Translations under genes and position numbers: made by a program
The notes under the pieces: model-generated
Database searches by the model: none
What the model was told of the DNA's origin: nothing
What the model saw: only the letters and a program-made list of their open reading frames with translations
NCBI GenBank assembly: GCA_013152215.1
Contig: JAADGT010000352.1
Coordinates: forward strand, 1-37,190
DNA: 37,190 bases
DNA from: Deltaproteobacteria bacterium
GTDB taxonomy: Bacteria; Desulfobacterota; Deferrisomatia; Deferrisomatales; Deferrisomataceae
Direction: 5' to 3'
Part shown: piece by piece, positions 1-10,003 of the stretch
Layout: every line of letters begins with the position of its first letter
Position numbering within the stretch: the stretch's first letter is position 1

Positions 1-1485
1 GAGGAGATGGTGGATCGGTTCGAGGCCGGCCTGCCGCTGAAGGACCCGGACGAGGAGCCCACGGACGAGCTCGGGCGCATCGGGGCGGCCCTGTGCCGGG
101 CCGCCCAGCGCAGGCGGGCGGTGCTGGCCGAGGTCTCGTCTTTGGCCGCCACCCTGCGGGAGCGGGGGGTGGAGGTGCAGATGGCCCTCAGCCGTCTTCG
201 CGAGGGGGTGGAGCGGGGCAAGGGAGTGGCCGGGGCGGTGCTCGCCGCGGTCCAGGGGCTGGACGAGGCGCTGGAGGAGACCCGGTCCCACCTGGACGCG
301 ATCGCATCGTCCACCAGCGACAACTCCACGAGCCTGGTGGAGATGTCCGCCAGCATCGACGAGGTGGCCGGTAGCGCCGACGAGCTGGCCCAGCAGGTGT
401 CGGCCACGGCCGCGAGCGTGCTCCAGATGGTCCAGTCCATCGGCGAGGTGGCCGAGAACGTGGAGGGGCTGGCCCGGGAGACCGAGGCCACGGTCTCGTC
501 GATGAGCCAGATCGAGGCGTCCACCCGACAGATCGAGCGCAGCGCCCGGGACGCGGCAGGGCTGGGGGTGCGGGTGTCCGAGGCCGCCGAGGAAGGGGTG
601 CGTGCCGTGGAGGCCACCCTGGAGGGGATCCACGACTCCTATCAGGTCATCCAGGACACGGCCCGGATCACCGGGGACCTGGCCGAGGCCAGCCGGAGCA
701 TCCAGAGGGTGGTGAAGATCATCAACGAGATCAACGACAAGACCAAGCTCCTGGCCCTGAACGCGGCCATCATCGCGGCGCAGGCCGGGGAACACGGCCG
801 GAGCTTCGCGGTGGTGGCCCACGAGATCCAGGGCCTGTCGGACCGCACGGCCGCAAGCACCGGCGAGATCTTCCGGATCGTCCGGGGCATTCAGGAGCAG
901 GCCGAGGCGGCCAACGAGGCCGTGGCCCGCGGTCAGTCCGCCACCGCCCGTAGCGTGGAGCTGGCCGAGAGGGCCGGCCAGGCCCTCCGGCACATCCTGG
1001 ACACGGCCCGCACCGCGAGCCGGATGAACCAGCAGATCCTCGAGGCCACCGAGGAGCAGGCCCGGGGCAGCCAGAACGTGGTGGGATCGATGCAGCAGGT
1101 GGCGGCCATGGTGGAGCACATCCGCCAGGCGGCGCGGGAGCACCGCCAGAGCGGCGACCTGGTGGGTCAGTCCACCGAGATCATGCGCAACCTGACCGAG
1201 CAGGTGAAGCTGGCCACGGCCGAGCAGGCCGAGGTGAGCCGATATATCTCGGACGCCATCTCCGCCATCGACCGGAACCTGCAGGACCTGCTCGGGGCCG
1301 TGGCCAGGGAGCGGGAGGAGACCGAGCGGATCCTCGGCCACATGCACGAGCTGCGGGCTCGCAGCGGGGAGCAGGAGTCCGGGGTGGAGGAGGTGGAGAC
1401 GGTCATCCGGGAACTCCAGACCCAGATCGACGGCCTGGAGCGCCGGGCCCAGGCCCTCCTGGGTGGACGGGGGGTGACGGCGTGA
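1..1485 (+). CDS. Methyl-accepting chemotaxis protein, long cytoplasmic signalling domain (5' end outside window)
   Basis: Hairpin-tip motif TKLLALNAAIIAAQAGEHGRSFAVVAHEIQGL and extended heptad coiled coil. The frame is open to position 1 (GAG GAG precede ATG at 7). Stop overlaps the cheB start (GTGA). Confidence 0.9.
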   Translation, partial: EEMVDRFEAGLPLKDPDEEPTDELGRIGAALCRAAQRRRAVLAEVSSLAATLRERGVEVQMALSRLREGVERGKGVAGAVLAAVQGLDEALEETRSHLDAIASSTSDNSTSLVEMSASIDEVAGSADELAQQVSATAASVLQMVQSIGEVAENVEGLARETEATVSSMSQIEASTRQIERSARDAAGLGVRVSEAAEEGVRAVEATLEGIHDSYQVIQDTARITGDLAEASRSIQRVVKIINEINDKTKLLALNAAIIAAQAGEHGRSFAVVAHEIQGLSDRTAASTGEIFRIVRGIQEQAEAANEAVARGQSATARSVELAERAGQALRHILDTARTASRMNQQILEATEEQARGSQNVVGSMQQVAAMVEHIRQAAREHRQSGDLVGQSTEIMRNLTEQVKLATAEQAEVSRYISDAISAIDRNLQDLLGAVAREREETERILGHMHELRARSGEQESGVEEVETVIRELQTQIDGLERRAQALLGGRGVTA

Positions 1486-2505
1486 AGAAGGCCCGCATCC
1501 TCGTGGTGGACGACAGCCCGTACGTGCGGCGGTTCCTCCGGCAGGCGCTGGAGCCCGAGCCCTGGGTCGCGACGGTCGAAGGAGCCACCAACGGCCAGAC
1601 CGCGTTGGCCAAGGCCCTGCATGCGCCTCCGGACCTGGTGACCCTCGACCTCCACATGCCGGTCATGGACGGGTTCACCTTCCTGCGGCTGTTCCGGGCC
1701 CGATTTCGGGCGCCGGTGTTGGTGGTCAGCTCCCACGCCGACCTGGAGAACGTGGAACGGGCCATGGACCTGGGGGCCAACGGCTTCATCTCGAAGCCCG
1801 AGGATCCCTACCGTAACCTGGACGCCATCGTCGAGGAGGTGAGGGCCAAGGCCCAGAACGCCCTGGATCTGTGGGTCCCCCAGGCCGGGGACGGGGGGAC
1901 AGCCCGCGGCCGGCGTTCGCCCCCCCGGGACTTCCCGGTGATCGCGATCGGCGCCTCGTCAGGGGGGCCTCCGGGGCTCCAATATCTCCTTTCGGCGCTC
2001 CCCCCGGCTCCCCAGGCCGCGGTGCTGATCGCCCAGCACATGCCTGCTGGGTTCACCGAGGCGTTCGCCAAGCGGCTGGACCGGGTGCTGCCGTTTCCGG
2101 TGCGGGAGGGCAGAGAGGGGGCGGCGGTGGGCCCCGGAGAGGTGTGGATCGCGCCGGGGGGAAAGCACCTAACCGTGGACGCCGGTGGGCGGCTGCGGCT
2201 GGAGGACGGGGCCCAGAGCCTGTACAGCCCCAGCGTGGACCGGCTGTTCGAGACCGCGGCCGCGGCGTTCGGGGCCCGCCTCACCGCGGTGGTGCTCACG
2301 GGAATGGGCCGGGACGGGGCGGTCGGGGTGGAGGCGGTGAAGGCGGCGGGGGGGGCGGTGATCGCCGAGTCGGAGAACACCGCGGTGATCCACGGCATGC
2401 CCCGTCAGGCCGCCGCCACGGGGTGTGTGGACGAGGTGCTGTCTGTTGCGGCTGCTGGGGCTCGCCCGGGGGGAGCCCCTCACCGGATCCACAGCCCTCG
2501 GGTGA
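1482..2505 (+). CDS. cheB: Chemotaxis response regulator protein-glutamate methylesterase CheB; probable frameshift near 2440-2450 (uncorrected ORF runs to 2954)
   Basis: Receiver domain (ILVVDDS, DLVTLDLHMP, FISKP) plus methylesterase motifs IGASSGGP, IAQHMP, PSVD, LTGMGRDG, GMP. A natural-looking tail LRLLGLARGEPLTGSTALG* lies in the +1 frame, ending at TGA 2503-2505. Confidence 0.85.
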
Positions 2506-4195
2506 ACCGGGGGTCGGGAACCTCGTCCGGGGCCAGGTGGCCGAACTCCTCCTCCAGCAGCCCGAAGCACTCTAGCACGAACTCCCGCAGGAACATCCGG
2601 TCGGTCCCCGATAAGGGCAGCAGCAGCTCCACCCATTCCACCGAGGCGTCGGCCAGGCTGGGCTTCACCCGGCGGGGCGGCCGGTCCTCCTCCCACACCT
2701 TTGCCAGACCCTCACGGGCCCGTCGGCGGGGAATCGGGGCGAACCGGAACCCCCGGTCGAGGGCCGCGTTCACGAGCGAGGTGAGGAACACGGTCGAGGT
2801 CTTCAGGTGTTCCGGCTCCAGGTCCCGCAGGGCCTCCTTGCAATCGTCGAGCCGCAGATCCACCACCGACAGCAGGAACCGCCCCAGGAACTCCGCCTTG
2901 TCCACGGCCCGGATCGCCCGGTCCACCTCCGATAGGGCGCGGAACTCGCGGTAGACCGGGGCGGCCTCGTCGCCGGCGTACCACAGGGGGTGGGGCCGAA
3001 GCAGCCCGTCCAGGATCTCCCCCAGGGGCGGGTCGAGGAACAGCAGCCGCTCCTTGTGCCCTTCGGGCCAGCCCCGGCGGAACACGTGGCGGGCCCGGTT
3101 CCGGGCGGTCGCGATCCGGGTCCAACCCACCCGGAACAGGTGCTGGAGCCAGTGGCGTTCCAGGAGCCGGGCCGCGGCCTCCTCGTCGGGGCCGGCCAGG
3201 GCCTCGAGCCCGATCGCCAGGTACCCCGCCACCTTGGCCAGGGCCCGGCCGTAGCTCTCCATCCTGTCCAGGTCCAGACGGTCCGCCACCATCACCCGGT
3301 TCGTCAGCGTGGCCAGCTCCAGCTGGATCGACTCGGCCGCGGCCGGATCCCGCACCCGGCCCAGGGCCTTCACCACCAGGTCGGGCGCCACCGAAGGGGC
3401 CGCGATGGGGTAGCGGGGGGCGGCCTCGGGCTCGCCGTCGGGGTCCGGCGAGGGCGACCCCCCCCGCACCGGCAGCTCCCGGGCGGAGGTCACCTCCATG
3501 GGCACGTACACCTCCATGGCCTCGTCCCACTCCGGGAACCCCCGCATGGCCAGCCGCCGCACCCGCTCCTGGTACACGTGCTCCTCGAGCTCCGAGTCCA
3601 CCTCGCCCAGCAACGCCTCCATCAGCCGGAGGTACCGGTCCGGATCGGCCTGCCGGAGCACCCCGAGGACGGTCTTCACGAGGTCCTCGTGCTCGGCCGG
3701 GCAACGCACGTAGTAGAACCCGTCCACCGTGATCGGGGCCCGGCCGGGCAGATCCTGGAACGGATCCTCGTCCGGCTCGTGGGGCCGCACCACCCGCACC
3801 ACCCGGCCCAGGTAGAGGGTGAGGTCCGCCAGGTCCAGCTCCCGCAGCCACCGGGCCAGGGGGGCCTCGCCGCACGAGGCCAGGAGCCGGAGCCAGGGCA
3901 CGACCCGCCCGGGCCGCACCCGGTCGCCCTTCCACAGCTCCAGGTCCAGGAAGAACTCCACCTGGTCGGCCCGGGCGTGGGCCAGCACCAGGGGCACGTT
4001 GTCCGGGTCCATCTCCTTGAGCGTGAAGTACAGCTCCTCCGGGGGCAGCAGGGCCACCACGGCCGCCAGCCGCGGGGTGGCCAGCAGACGCTCCTCGCGG
4101 GCCTCGCCCCGGAGGCTCAAGATCTCGTCGATCTCCCGGCGAAGCGGGGTGGCGATCACCTGCCCCCGCCGGGCAGGGGTCTGGACGTCCGACAT
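2480..4195 (-). CDS. Conserved hypothetical protein, DUF6178-like (571 aa)
   Basis: Good codon bias; ATG at 4195 preceded by AGAGGA; motifs EELYFTLKE, FFLDLELW, RLAMRGFP. Family assignment is from recall. Confidence 0.65.
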   Translation of the reverse strand: MSDVQTPARRGQVIATPLRREIDEILSLRGEAREERLLATPRLAAVVALLPPEELYFTLKEMDPDNVPLVLAHARADQVEFFLDLELWKGDRVRPGRVVPWLRLLASCGEAPLARWLRELDLADLTLYLGRVVRVVRPHEPDEDPFQDLPGRAPITVDGFYYVRCPAEHEDLVKTVLGVLRQADPDRYLRLMEALLGEVDSELEEHVYQERVRRLAMRGFPEWDEAMEVYVPMEVTSARELPVRGGSPSPDPDGEPEAAPRYPIAAPSVAPDLVVKALGRVRDPAAAESIQLELATLTNRVMVADRLDLDRMESYGRALAKVAGYLAIGLEALAGPDEEAAARLLERHWLQHLFRVGWTRIATARNRARHVFRRGWPEGHKERLLFLDPPLGEILDGLLRPHPLWYAGDEAAPVYREFRALSEVDRAIRAVDKAEFLGRFLLSVVDLRLDDCKEALRDLEPEHLKTSTVFLTSLVNAALDRGFRFAPIPRRRAREGLAKVWEEDRPPRRVKPSLADASVEWVELLLPLSGTDRMFLREFVLECFGLLEEEFGHLAPDEVPDPRFTRGLWIR

Positions 4196-4386
4196 GCGAT
4201 CCTCTTGACGGCAGGGCGGCAGAGGGGAGCGCCACCCGGTTCGTGTTCTGGGGGCCGAGCGGAAGCGTAACACGGGGCCGCAATGGCCGACCAGGGCCGG
4301 TTGCCGGCCCGCGGCGAACCCGGTAGGATCGCGGCCCCAAACCTTCACCGGCCCGGGAAGAGACCCGGCCCAGGAGGGCGTGCGAC

Positions 4387-6024
4387 GTGATGGGAACCTC
4401 GAGGTTGCGAGTTTTGGCAAACCAACGAGTGAACGGCAGCCATCCCCTCCGGGATCGGGGGGCCAAGGGACCTGCCGGAGAGCCGGACGCGGCCCCGCGG
4501 CCCCCCGTACCCCGAACCCCCTGGATCCGGAAGGCGGCGTGGGTCCTGGCGATGTGCCTGGTGGCCGCCACCACGGCCACGGCCAACCCCGGAGGCTCCC
4601 TCGAGGGCCGGGTGCAGGAGCACCGTCTGGCGAACGGGCTCACCGTACTGGCCCTGCGCCGGGGGGTGGCTCCGGTGGTGAGCCTGCAGATGACCTTTCG
4701 GGTGGGCGGGGTGGACGAGCCGTCGGGCTACACCGGCATGGCCCACCTGCTGGAGCACCTCTTGTTCAAGGGGACCCGGACCTTGGGAACCCGGGACTGG
4801 CAGAAGGAGGAGCCCCTGCTGCGGCGGATCGAGCGGGTGGGGCGGGCCCTGGACCGCGAACGGCGCAAAGGGGACCGGGCCGACCCCCGGGAGATCGAGC
4901 GCCTGCGGGCGGAGCTCCGGCGGCTGCAGGAGGAGCACCGGTCCCTGGTGATCAAGGACGAGATCGACGCCATCTACACCCGCAACGGGGCCGTGGGGTT
5001 CAACGCGTTCACCAGCTCGGACCTCACCAGCTACATCGTGAGCCTGCCGTCGAACCGGTTGGAGCTGTGGGCCCGGATCGAGTCGGAGCGGATGCGCGAC
5101 CCCGTGTTGCGGGAGTACTACGTGGAGCGCGACGTGGTGGTGGAGGAGCGGCGCCAGCGCTACGGGTCGGACCCGGACGGCCGGCTCTACGAGACCCTGC
5201 TGTCCACGGCGTTCCGGGCCCACCCCTACCGGGACCCCGTGATCGGCTGGCCGGCCGACCTGGAGACCCTGGACCTGGAAGCCACCCGGCGGTTCTTCCG
5301 GGACTACTACGGGCCCGACAACGCCGTGATCGTGGCCGTGGGCGACGTGGACCCGCCCGCGTTCTTCCGGCTGGTGGAGCGGTACTTCGGCGACCTGCCG
5401 GCCCGAGGGGTGTCGCGCCGGCCGATCACCCGGGAGCCCCCGCAGCAGGGGCCCCGACGGGCCGAGGTGTGGTTCGACGCCGAGCCCCGCCTGGTGGTGG
5501 CGTTCCACAAGCCCACCCTCCCCCACCGGGACGACTACGTGTTCGACGTGATCGAGGCCGTGCTCACCGATGGGCGAAGCTCCCGGCTGGTGCGCGAGCT
5601 GGTGGACCGGCGCCGGGTGGCCGCCTCGGTGAGCGCGGCCAACGGGCTGCCGGGCGCCCGGTACCCCAATCTGTTCGCGGTGTTCCTGACCCCGCTGCAG
5701 GGGGTGGACGTGGGCGAGGCCGAGCGGGCGCTCCTGGCCGAGCTGGACCGGTTGGGCCGCGAGCCACCCACCCGGGAGGAGCTGGAACGGGTGCTTCGCC
5801 GGCTCGAGGCCTCGCGGGTGCGCAGCCTGCTGTCCAACTCCGGGCTGGCTAGGCGGCTGGCCTACTTCCAGGCCCTGACCGGCGACTGGCGCTACATCGA
5901 GGAGCACCCCCGGGTGCTTCGGACCATCACCCCTGACGAGGTGGCCGCGGTGGCCCGCCGGTACCTGACTCCCCAGAACCGCACCGTGGTGGTGCTGCGG
6001 CCCCGCCCGGAGGAGGACCGATGA
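4387..6024 (+). CDS. M16 (pitrilysin) family zinc peptidase, catalytic subunit, exported; true start uncertain (4387-4552)
   Basis: LANGLTV, GMAHLLEHLLFKG (inverted HXXEH), NAFTS, ERDVVVEERR; signal-like stretch IRKAAWVLAMCLVAATTATA. Confidence 0.9.
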   Translation: MMGTSRLRVLANQRVNGSHPLRDRGAKGPAGEPDAAPRPPVPRTPWIRKAAWVLAMCLVAATTATANPGGSLEGRVQEHRLANGLTVLALRRGVAPVVSLQMTFRVGGVDEPSGYTGMAHLLEHLLFKGTRTLGTRDWQKEEPLLRRIERVGRALDRERRKGDRADPREIERLRAELRRLQEEHRSLVIKDEIDAIYTRNGAVGFNAFTSSDLTSYIVSLPSNRLELWARIESERMRDPVLREYYVERDVVVEERRQRYGSDPDGRLYETLLSTAFRAHPYRDPVIGWPADLETLDLEATRRFFRDYYGPDNAVIVAVGDVDPPAFFRLVERYFGDLPARGVSRRPITREPPQQGPRRAEVWFDAEPRLVVAFHKPTLPHRDDYVFDVIEAVLTDGRSSRLVRELVDRRRVAASVSAANGLPGARYPNLFAVFLTPLQGVDVGEAERALLAELDRLGREPPTREELERVLRRLEASRVRSLLSNSGLARRLAYFQALTGDWRYIEEHPRVLRTITPDEVAAVARRYLTPQNRTVVVLRPRPEEDR

Positions 6025-7436
6025 GCACGAAGGGGTGTTTCCGGAAAGCCGTCCTTTTCCTCGCCGCGCTCGGGCTCGCGGCCTGTGCCGGCCGGCGGCC
6101 CCTCGATCCCCGCACTGCCGAGTTCCCCTCGCCCCGCCTGCCCGAGATCCGGGTGGGCCAGGGCTCGCTGGGCCAGGGGCCGACATGGTTCTGGGTGGAG
6201 GACCACGACGTGCCCTTGGTGCGCCTGTACCTGGCCGTGCGGGCCGGTGAGGTGTACGACCCCCCCGACAAGGTCGGCCTGGCCCGGGTGGCGAGCCTGG
6301 CCTGGCGCACCGGCGGGGCCGGGGACCTCTCCCCGGAGGCCTTCGACCAGGCCCTGGAGAGCCGGGGCATGGAGCTCGATCTCCGGTTGGGCCGCGACAA
6401 GGGCTGGATCTCCCTGACCGTGCTGCCCGACGACCTGGATCGAGGCCTGGATCTTTTGGCCCGGCTCCTATGGGACCCGGCGTTCCGGCCCAACCGGGTG
6501 GACTGGGCCAAGGTCCAGGTGGCCGAGGGCCTCCGGCGGGAGGAGGACGACCCCCAGAGCCTGGCGTTCCGGGAGATGCGGCGGGCGCTGTTCCGGGGCC
6601 ATCCCCGCGGCCAGACCCCCACGGAGGGGTCGGTGGCGCGGATCTCCCGGGAGGACGTGATGGCCCTGCACCGGCGCCTCGTGCGCGCCGGCGCCTGGAC
6701 CGTGGGCGCGGTGGGGGACTTCGACCCCGACCGGTTGGGCCGCCGGCTGGCCGAGCTGCTCGGCAGCTTGCCCCGGGACGGCGGCGCATTCCCCCGGCTT
6801 CCCCCGCCCGAGGAGCCTGCCCCCGTCGCGGTGGTGGTCCCCCGGCCCCTGCCCCAGGCCACCGTCGTGTGGGCCCGGCTCGGGCCGGAACGGACCGCCC
6901 CGGACTTCGGGCCCATGGAGGTGTGCGACCACCTGCTCGGAGCCGGGGGGTTCGGATCCCGGCTGGTGCGGGAGATCCGGTCCAACCGGGGGCTGGCCTA
7001 CAGCGTGGGCAGCTTCTACCAGGCCCTGCCGGCCTTCGGGGTGCTGGGCGCCTACGGCCTGACCAAGACCGAGACCGTGGGCCAGGTGGTGGACCTGATG
7101 GCGGCCGAGGTGCGGCGCCTGGCCGATACCCTGAGCCCGGCCGAGGTGGCCGAGGCGCGTCGCAGCCTGGTGACCCGGTACGTGTTCCGGTACGACGATC
7201 CGGCCAACCTGGTGCGGGACCGCATGGGGAACCTGCTGGACGGCCTGCCTTTGGACCTGGGGGATCGGTACCCCGAGACCGTGGCGGCCGTGACCGTGGG
7301 CGCCGCCCGGAGAGCGGCCCGAACTCACCTGGACCCAAGCCGAGGGGTGTGGGTCCTGGTGGGCGACCTGGATCCGGCAGATCCCCGATGGAACCGCCTG
7401 GGGGAGGTGCGGGTGGTGCGGGTGGAGAAGCGGTAG
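6021..7436 (+). CDS. M16 family peptidase, non-catalytic partner subunit, probable lipoprotein
   Basis: Lipobox LAAC; no HXXEH; SRLVREIRSNRGLAYSV (R/Y motif); ATGA overlap with the upstream gene. Confidence 0.85.
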   Translation: MSTKGCFRKAVLFLAALGLAACAGRRPLDPRTAEFPSPRLPEIRVGQGSLGQGPTWFWVEDHDVPLVRLYLAVRAGEVYDPPDKVGLARVASLAWRTGGAGDLSPEAFDQALESRGMELDLRLGRDKGWISLTVLPDDLDRGLDLLARLLWDPAFRPNRVDWAKVQVAEGLRREEDDPQSLAFREMRRALFRGHPRGQTPTEGSVARISREDVMALHRRLVRAGAWTVGAVGDFDPDRLGRRLAELLGSLPRDGGAFPRLPPPEEPAPVAVVVPRPLPQATVVWARLGPERTAPDFGPMEVCDHLLGAGGFGSRLVREIRSNRGLAYSVGSFYQALPAFGVLGAYGLTKTETVGQVVDLMAAEVRRLADTLSPAEVAEARRSLVTRYVFRYDDPANLVRDRMGNLLDGLPLDLGDRYPETVAAVTVGAARRAARTHLDPSRGVWVLVGDLDPADPRWNRLGEVRVVRVEKR

Positions 7437-7472
7437 GGCCTGGAGGGGGACCTGGGGGAGACGGAGGGGGCC

Positions 7473-7916
7473 TTACGCCGTCACATCGATCCGGGCTCCG
7501 GCTCGGCCGTCCCCCGGGTGCTGCAGCAGTTCGACCCGGGCCCGCGCCTCCTCCTGCGCCGCCCGGGCGGCCACGGCCAGGTCCTGGGACGAAGGACGGG
7601 CCGGGGCCAAGGCCGCGCGGCGCACCGTTTCCATCTTTGCGATCGTGGTCTCGGGGTCCCGGGCGGGGGAGGTGTCGATCTGCACCTCACCGGCCACGGC
7701 ATAGGGTCTGCCGTCGGGGCCGCGCACGTACCGGAACGAGGGGCCCCCTCGCACCAGGCCGCCCCCGGCGGCGGCGTGGGCCGCCTCGTGGGCCCGCACC
7801 TCCCGGTCCCGCCGCTGGAGCTCGGCGATCACCGCGGCGGTCTTGAGATCGGCGCCGGGGCGGGCCGGCTGGGAGCCATATCTTACCGGTCTCGGTGCCG
7901 TGGGGTCGACGCGCAT
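7473..7916 (-). CDS. SprA-related family protein / putative metalloprotease (147 aa)
   Basis: RDREVRAHEAAH, GPDGRPYAVAGEVQID, AALAPARPSSQD; ATG at 7916 with GGAGG upstream. Confidence 0.75.
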   Translation of the reverse strand: MRVDPTAPRPVRYGSQPARPGADLKTAAVIAELQRRDREVRAHEAAHAAAGGGLVRGGPSFRYVRGPDGRPYAVAGEVQIDTSPARDPETTIAKMETVRRAALAPARPSSQDLAVAARAAQEEARARVELLQHPGDGRAGARIDVTA

Positions 7917-8000
7917 GGAATCATCGCCTCCCGCAAGGAAACCGATCGGCCGGTCTTGTTGCGGACTTGACCCCACAACTTGATCGTGCTCCTCCTGCCC

Positions 8001-8981
8001 CTAACCCCCTTTCATGGGGCGGCCCAGGGCTCGGGGAGCGGCGCCGCGGAATGCCCCAACCAGGCGCTTGGCCCACGGCCGGCCCTCGGCCCACCGCTCC
8101 ACCGACTCCCGTTGGCTCAGTCCCATGAACAGCAGGGTGAAGATCATCAAGGGGAACGGGGCCACCTGGAACACCTGGGCCGGCACCGACGGGAACGCCT
8201 CCTGGAGGGGGATGCCTGCCACCTGAAGAAGGGCGAACAGCACGGCTCCCAGGGCCACCTTCACGGGGTGCCAGCCTCCGAAGATCACCAGGGCCAGGGC
8301 GATCCATCCGATGCCCTCGGCTCCCTGGGGTCGGCCCCACCCCGGTTTCAGGGCCAAGGAGTAGGCTGCGCCCGCCAGACCCACGAGGGCTCCCCCGACC
8401 ACCGCGCACACCATCTGCACCTGCCGTGGCGCGATGCCCCGGGCGTAGGCCGCCTCGGGATGCTCGCCCACCGCCCGGACCTCCAGCCCCCACTTCGTGC
8501 GGTACAGGACCCACCACAGGGCCGGGACCAGGAGCAGGCTCAGGTACACCACGGCGTTGTGGCGGAACAGGAGCGGTCCCAGCACCGGCAGCTCCGCCAG
8601 GCCCGGCACCGGCAACGGCGGCACCTGGGGCCCCTGGATCCGGGAGTAGGGGTTGCCTAGGAAGTAGGCAAGGTCCCGGCACATCAGGGTGAGAACGAAC
8701 CCCACGGCCACCTGGGACACGCCCAGGATCACGCCGGCAAACCCCACCAGGGCCGCCACGGCCCCGCCCACGGCCGCGGCCGCGGCAAACCCCAGCCCCA
8801 CGCTCCCCGTATCGTGGGCCACCGCAAAAGCGGCCATGGCCGCCAAGAGGATCGTGCCGTCCAGGGAGAGGTTGATCAGCCCGGCCCGCTCGGTGAGGGT
8901 CTCCCCCAGGGAGGCGAGCAGGATCGGAGCGGCCGTGGCCACCACGCTGGCGGCCAGGAGCACGAGGGAGAACTCGTTCAT
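8001..8981 (-). CDS. ABC transporter permease (nucleoside/simple-sugar type)
   Basis: Hydrophobic; LGETLTERAGLINLSLDG, RAVGEHPEAAYARGI; ATG at 8981 overlaps the upstream stop. Confidence 0.9.
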   Translation of the reverse strand: MNEFSLVLLAASVVATAAPILLASLGETLTERAGLINLSLDGTILLAAMAAFAVAHDTGSVGLGFAAAAAVGGAVAALVGFAGVILGVSQVAVGFVLTLMCRDLAYFLGNPYSRIQGPQVPPLPVPGLAELPVLGPLLFRHNAVVYLSLLLVPALWWVLYRTKWGLEVRAVGEHPEAAYARGIAPRQVQMVCAVVGGALVGLAGAAYSLALKPGWGRPQGAEGIGWIALALVIFGGWHPVKVALGAVLFALLQVAGIPLQEAFPSVPAQVFQVAPFPLMIFTLLFMGLSQRESVERWAEGRPWAKRLVGAFRGAAPRALGRPMKGG

Positions 8982-10003
8982 GCCTGCCTCCGTGCCCGAT
9001 GGACGCCCCATCCGTGGGCGAGCAGCACCGCCAGCACCGAGGCCCCCTGGATCACGCCGCTCAGGGACGAGTCCAGCTGCAGGGCCATGGGCAGCTGGAC
9101 GCTGCCCACGTTCAAGCCGGCGAAAAACAGGGCAATGGGCGCCACCGGCCCCAACCGGAACCCGGCCAGCATGGTCACCAGGAGGGCCAGGTAGCCGTAG
9201 TTGCTGGAGATGGCGGGGATCAGCCGGTGGTAGACCGCCGTCACCTGGATTCCTCCGGCCAGCCCCGCCATGCCCCCGGCCATGACCATGGCTAGCAGCA
9301 GGTACCGCTCGGGCGGGAGCCCCAGCAGATGGGCGGCCCGGGGATTGCCCCCCACGGCCCTGAGGAACAGCCCCACCCGGGTGCGGCCCAGGAGCCAAGC
9401 CGTGAGGACGAGGGCGCCGACCGCACAGCCCAGGGCCACAGGGGACAGCCGGCCCCAGGAGAAGTTGGGCAGCCACAGCTCGGGCGGGAACGGCACGGTG
9501 CCGCTCATGGAGGCTACCCCGGGTCGCTTCCAAGGGCCGAAGATGAGCCACAGCACGACGCCCTGGGCCACGAAGTTCAGCCCCAGCCCGGCGAAGATCT
9601 CGTTGACCCCGCCGCGGGTCCGCAGCACCCCGGCCGCCAGGGACCACCCGGCTCCCAGCAGCACGCCGGTGGCCATGGCCAGGGCCAGGAGCACACCCGG
9701 CGGGAGGTGGCCCGCTCCGGCACGCAGGGCCCAGGTGGTGCCCACCGCCCCCAGGATCACCTGGCCTTCCACCCCGATGTTCCACAGGCCGATCCGGAAC
9801 GTGTAGATGAGCCCGCAGGCGCACAGGGTCAGCGGCACCCACACGGTGAGGACCCGGGCGAGCTTCGACACCGACCCGAAGGATCCGCGGACGAGCAGGG
9901 AGAACGCCTCCAGGGGCGGGGCGCCGGTGAGCAGGAGAACCGCCGTGGTGAAGATCAGGACGAGCCCGGCGGCCACCAGGGTCTCGAACGAGCGGGACCT
10001 CAC
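8978..10003 (-). CDS. ABC transporter permease (nucleoside/simple-sugar type)
   Basis: GLWNIGVEGQ, NEIF, RAVGGNPRAAHLLG; GTG at 10003 with GGAGG RBS. Confidence 0.9.
   Translation of the reverse strand: MRSRSFETLVAAGLVLIFTTAVLLLTGAPPLEAFSLLVRGSFGSVSKLARVLTVWVPLTLCACGLIYTFRIGLWNIGVEGQVILGAVGTTWALRAGAGHLPPGVLLALAMATGVLLGAGWSLAAGVLRTRGGVNEIFAGLGLNFVAQGVVLWLIFGPWKRPGVASMSGTVPFPPELWLPNFSWGRLSPVALGCAVGALVLTAWLLGRTRVGLFLRAVGGNPRAAHLLGLPPERYLLLAMVMAGGMAGLAGGIQVTAVYHRLIPAISSNYGYLALLVTMLAGFRLGPVAPIALFFAGLNVGSVQLPMALQLDSSLSGVIQGASVLAVLLAHGWGVHRARRQA

Noticed and set aside
4410-4430. TTGGCA as a sigma54 -24 box
   Set aside because: No TTGC at the required -12 spacing.
4345-7338. 997-aa minus-strand ORF and other long overlapping ORFs (e.g. 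24668-27577, 27499-29868, 25417-27603, 2712-4643)
   Set aside because: Pro/Arg/Gly-rich shadow frames of real high-GC genes, with no motifs.
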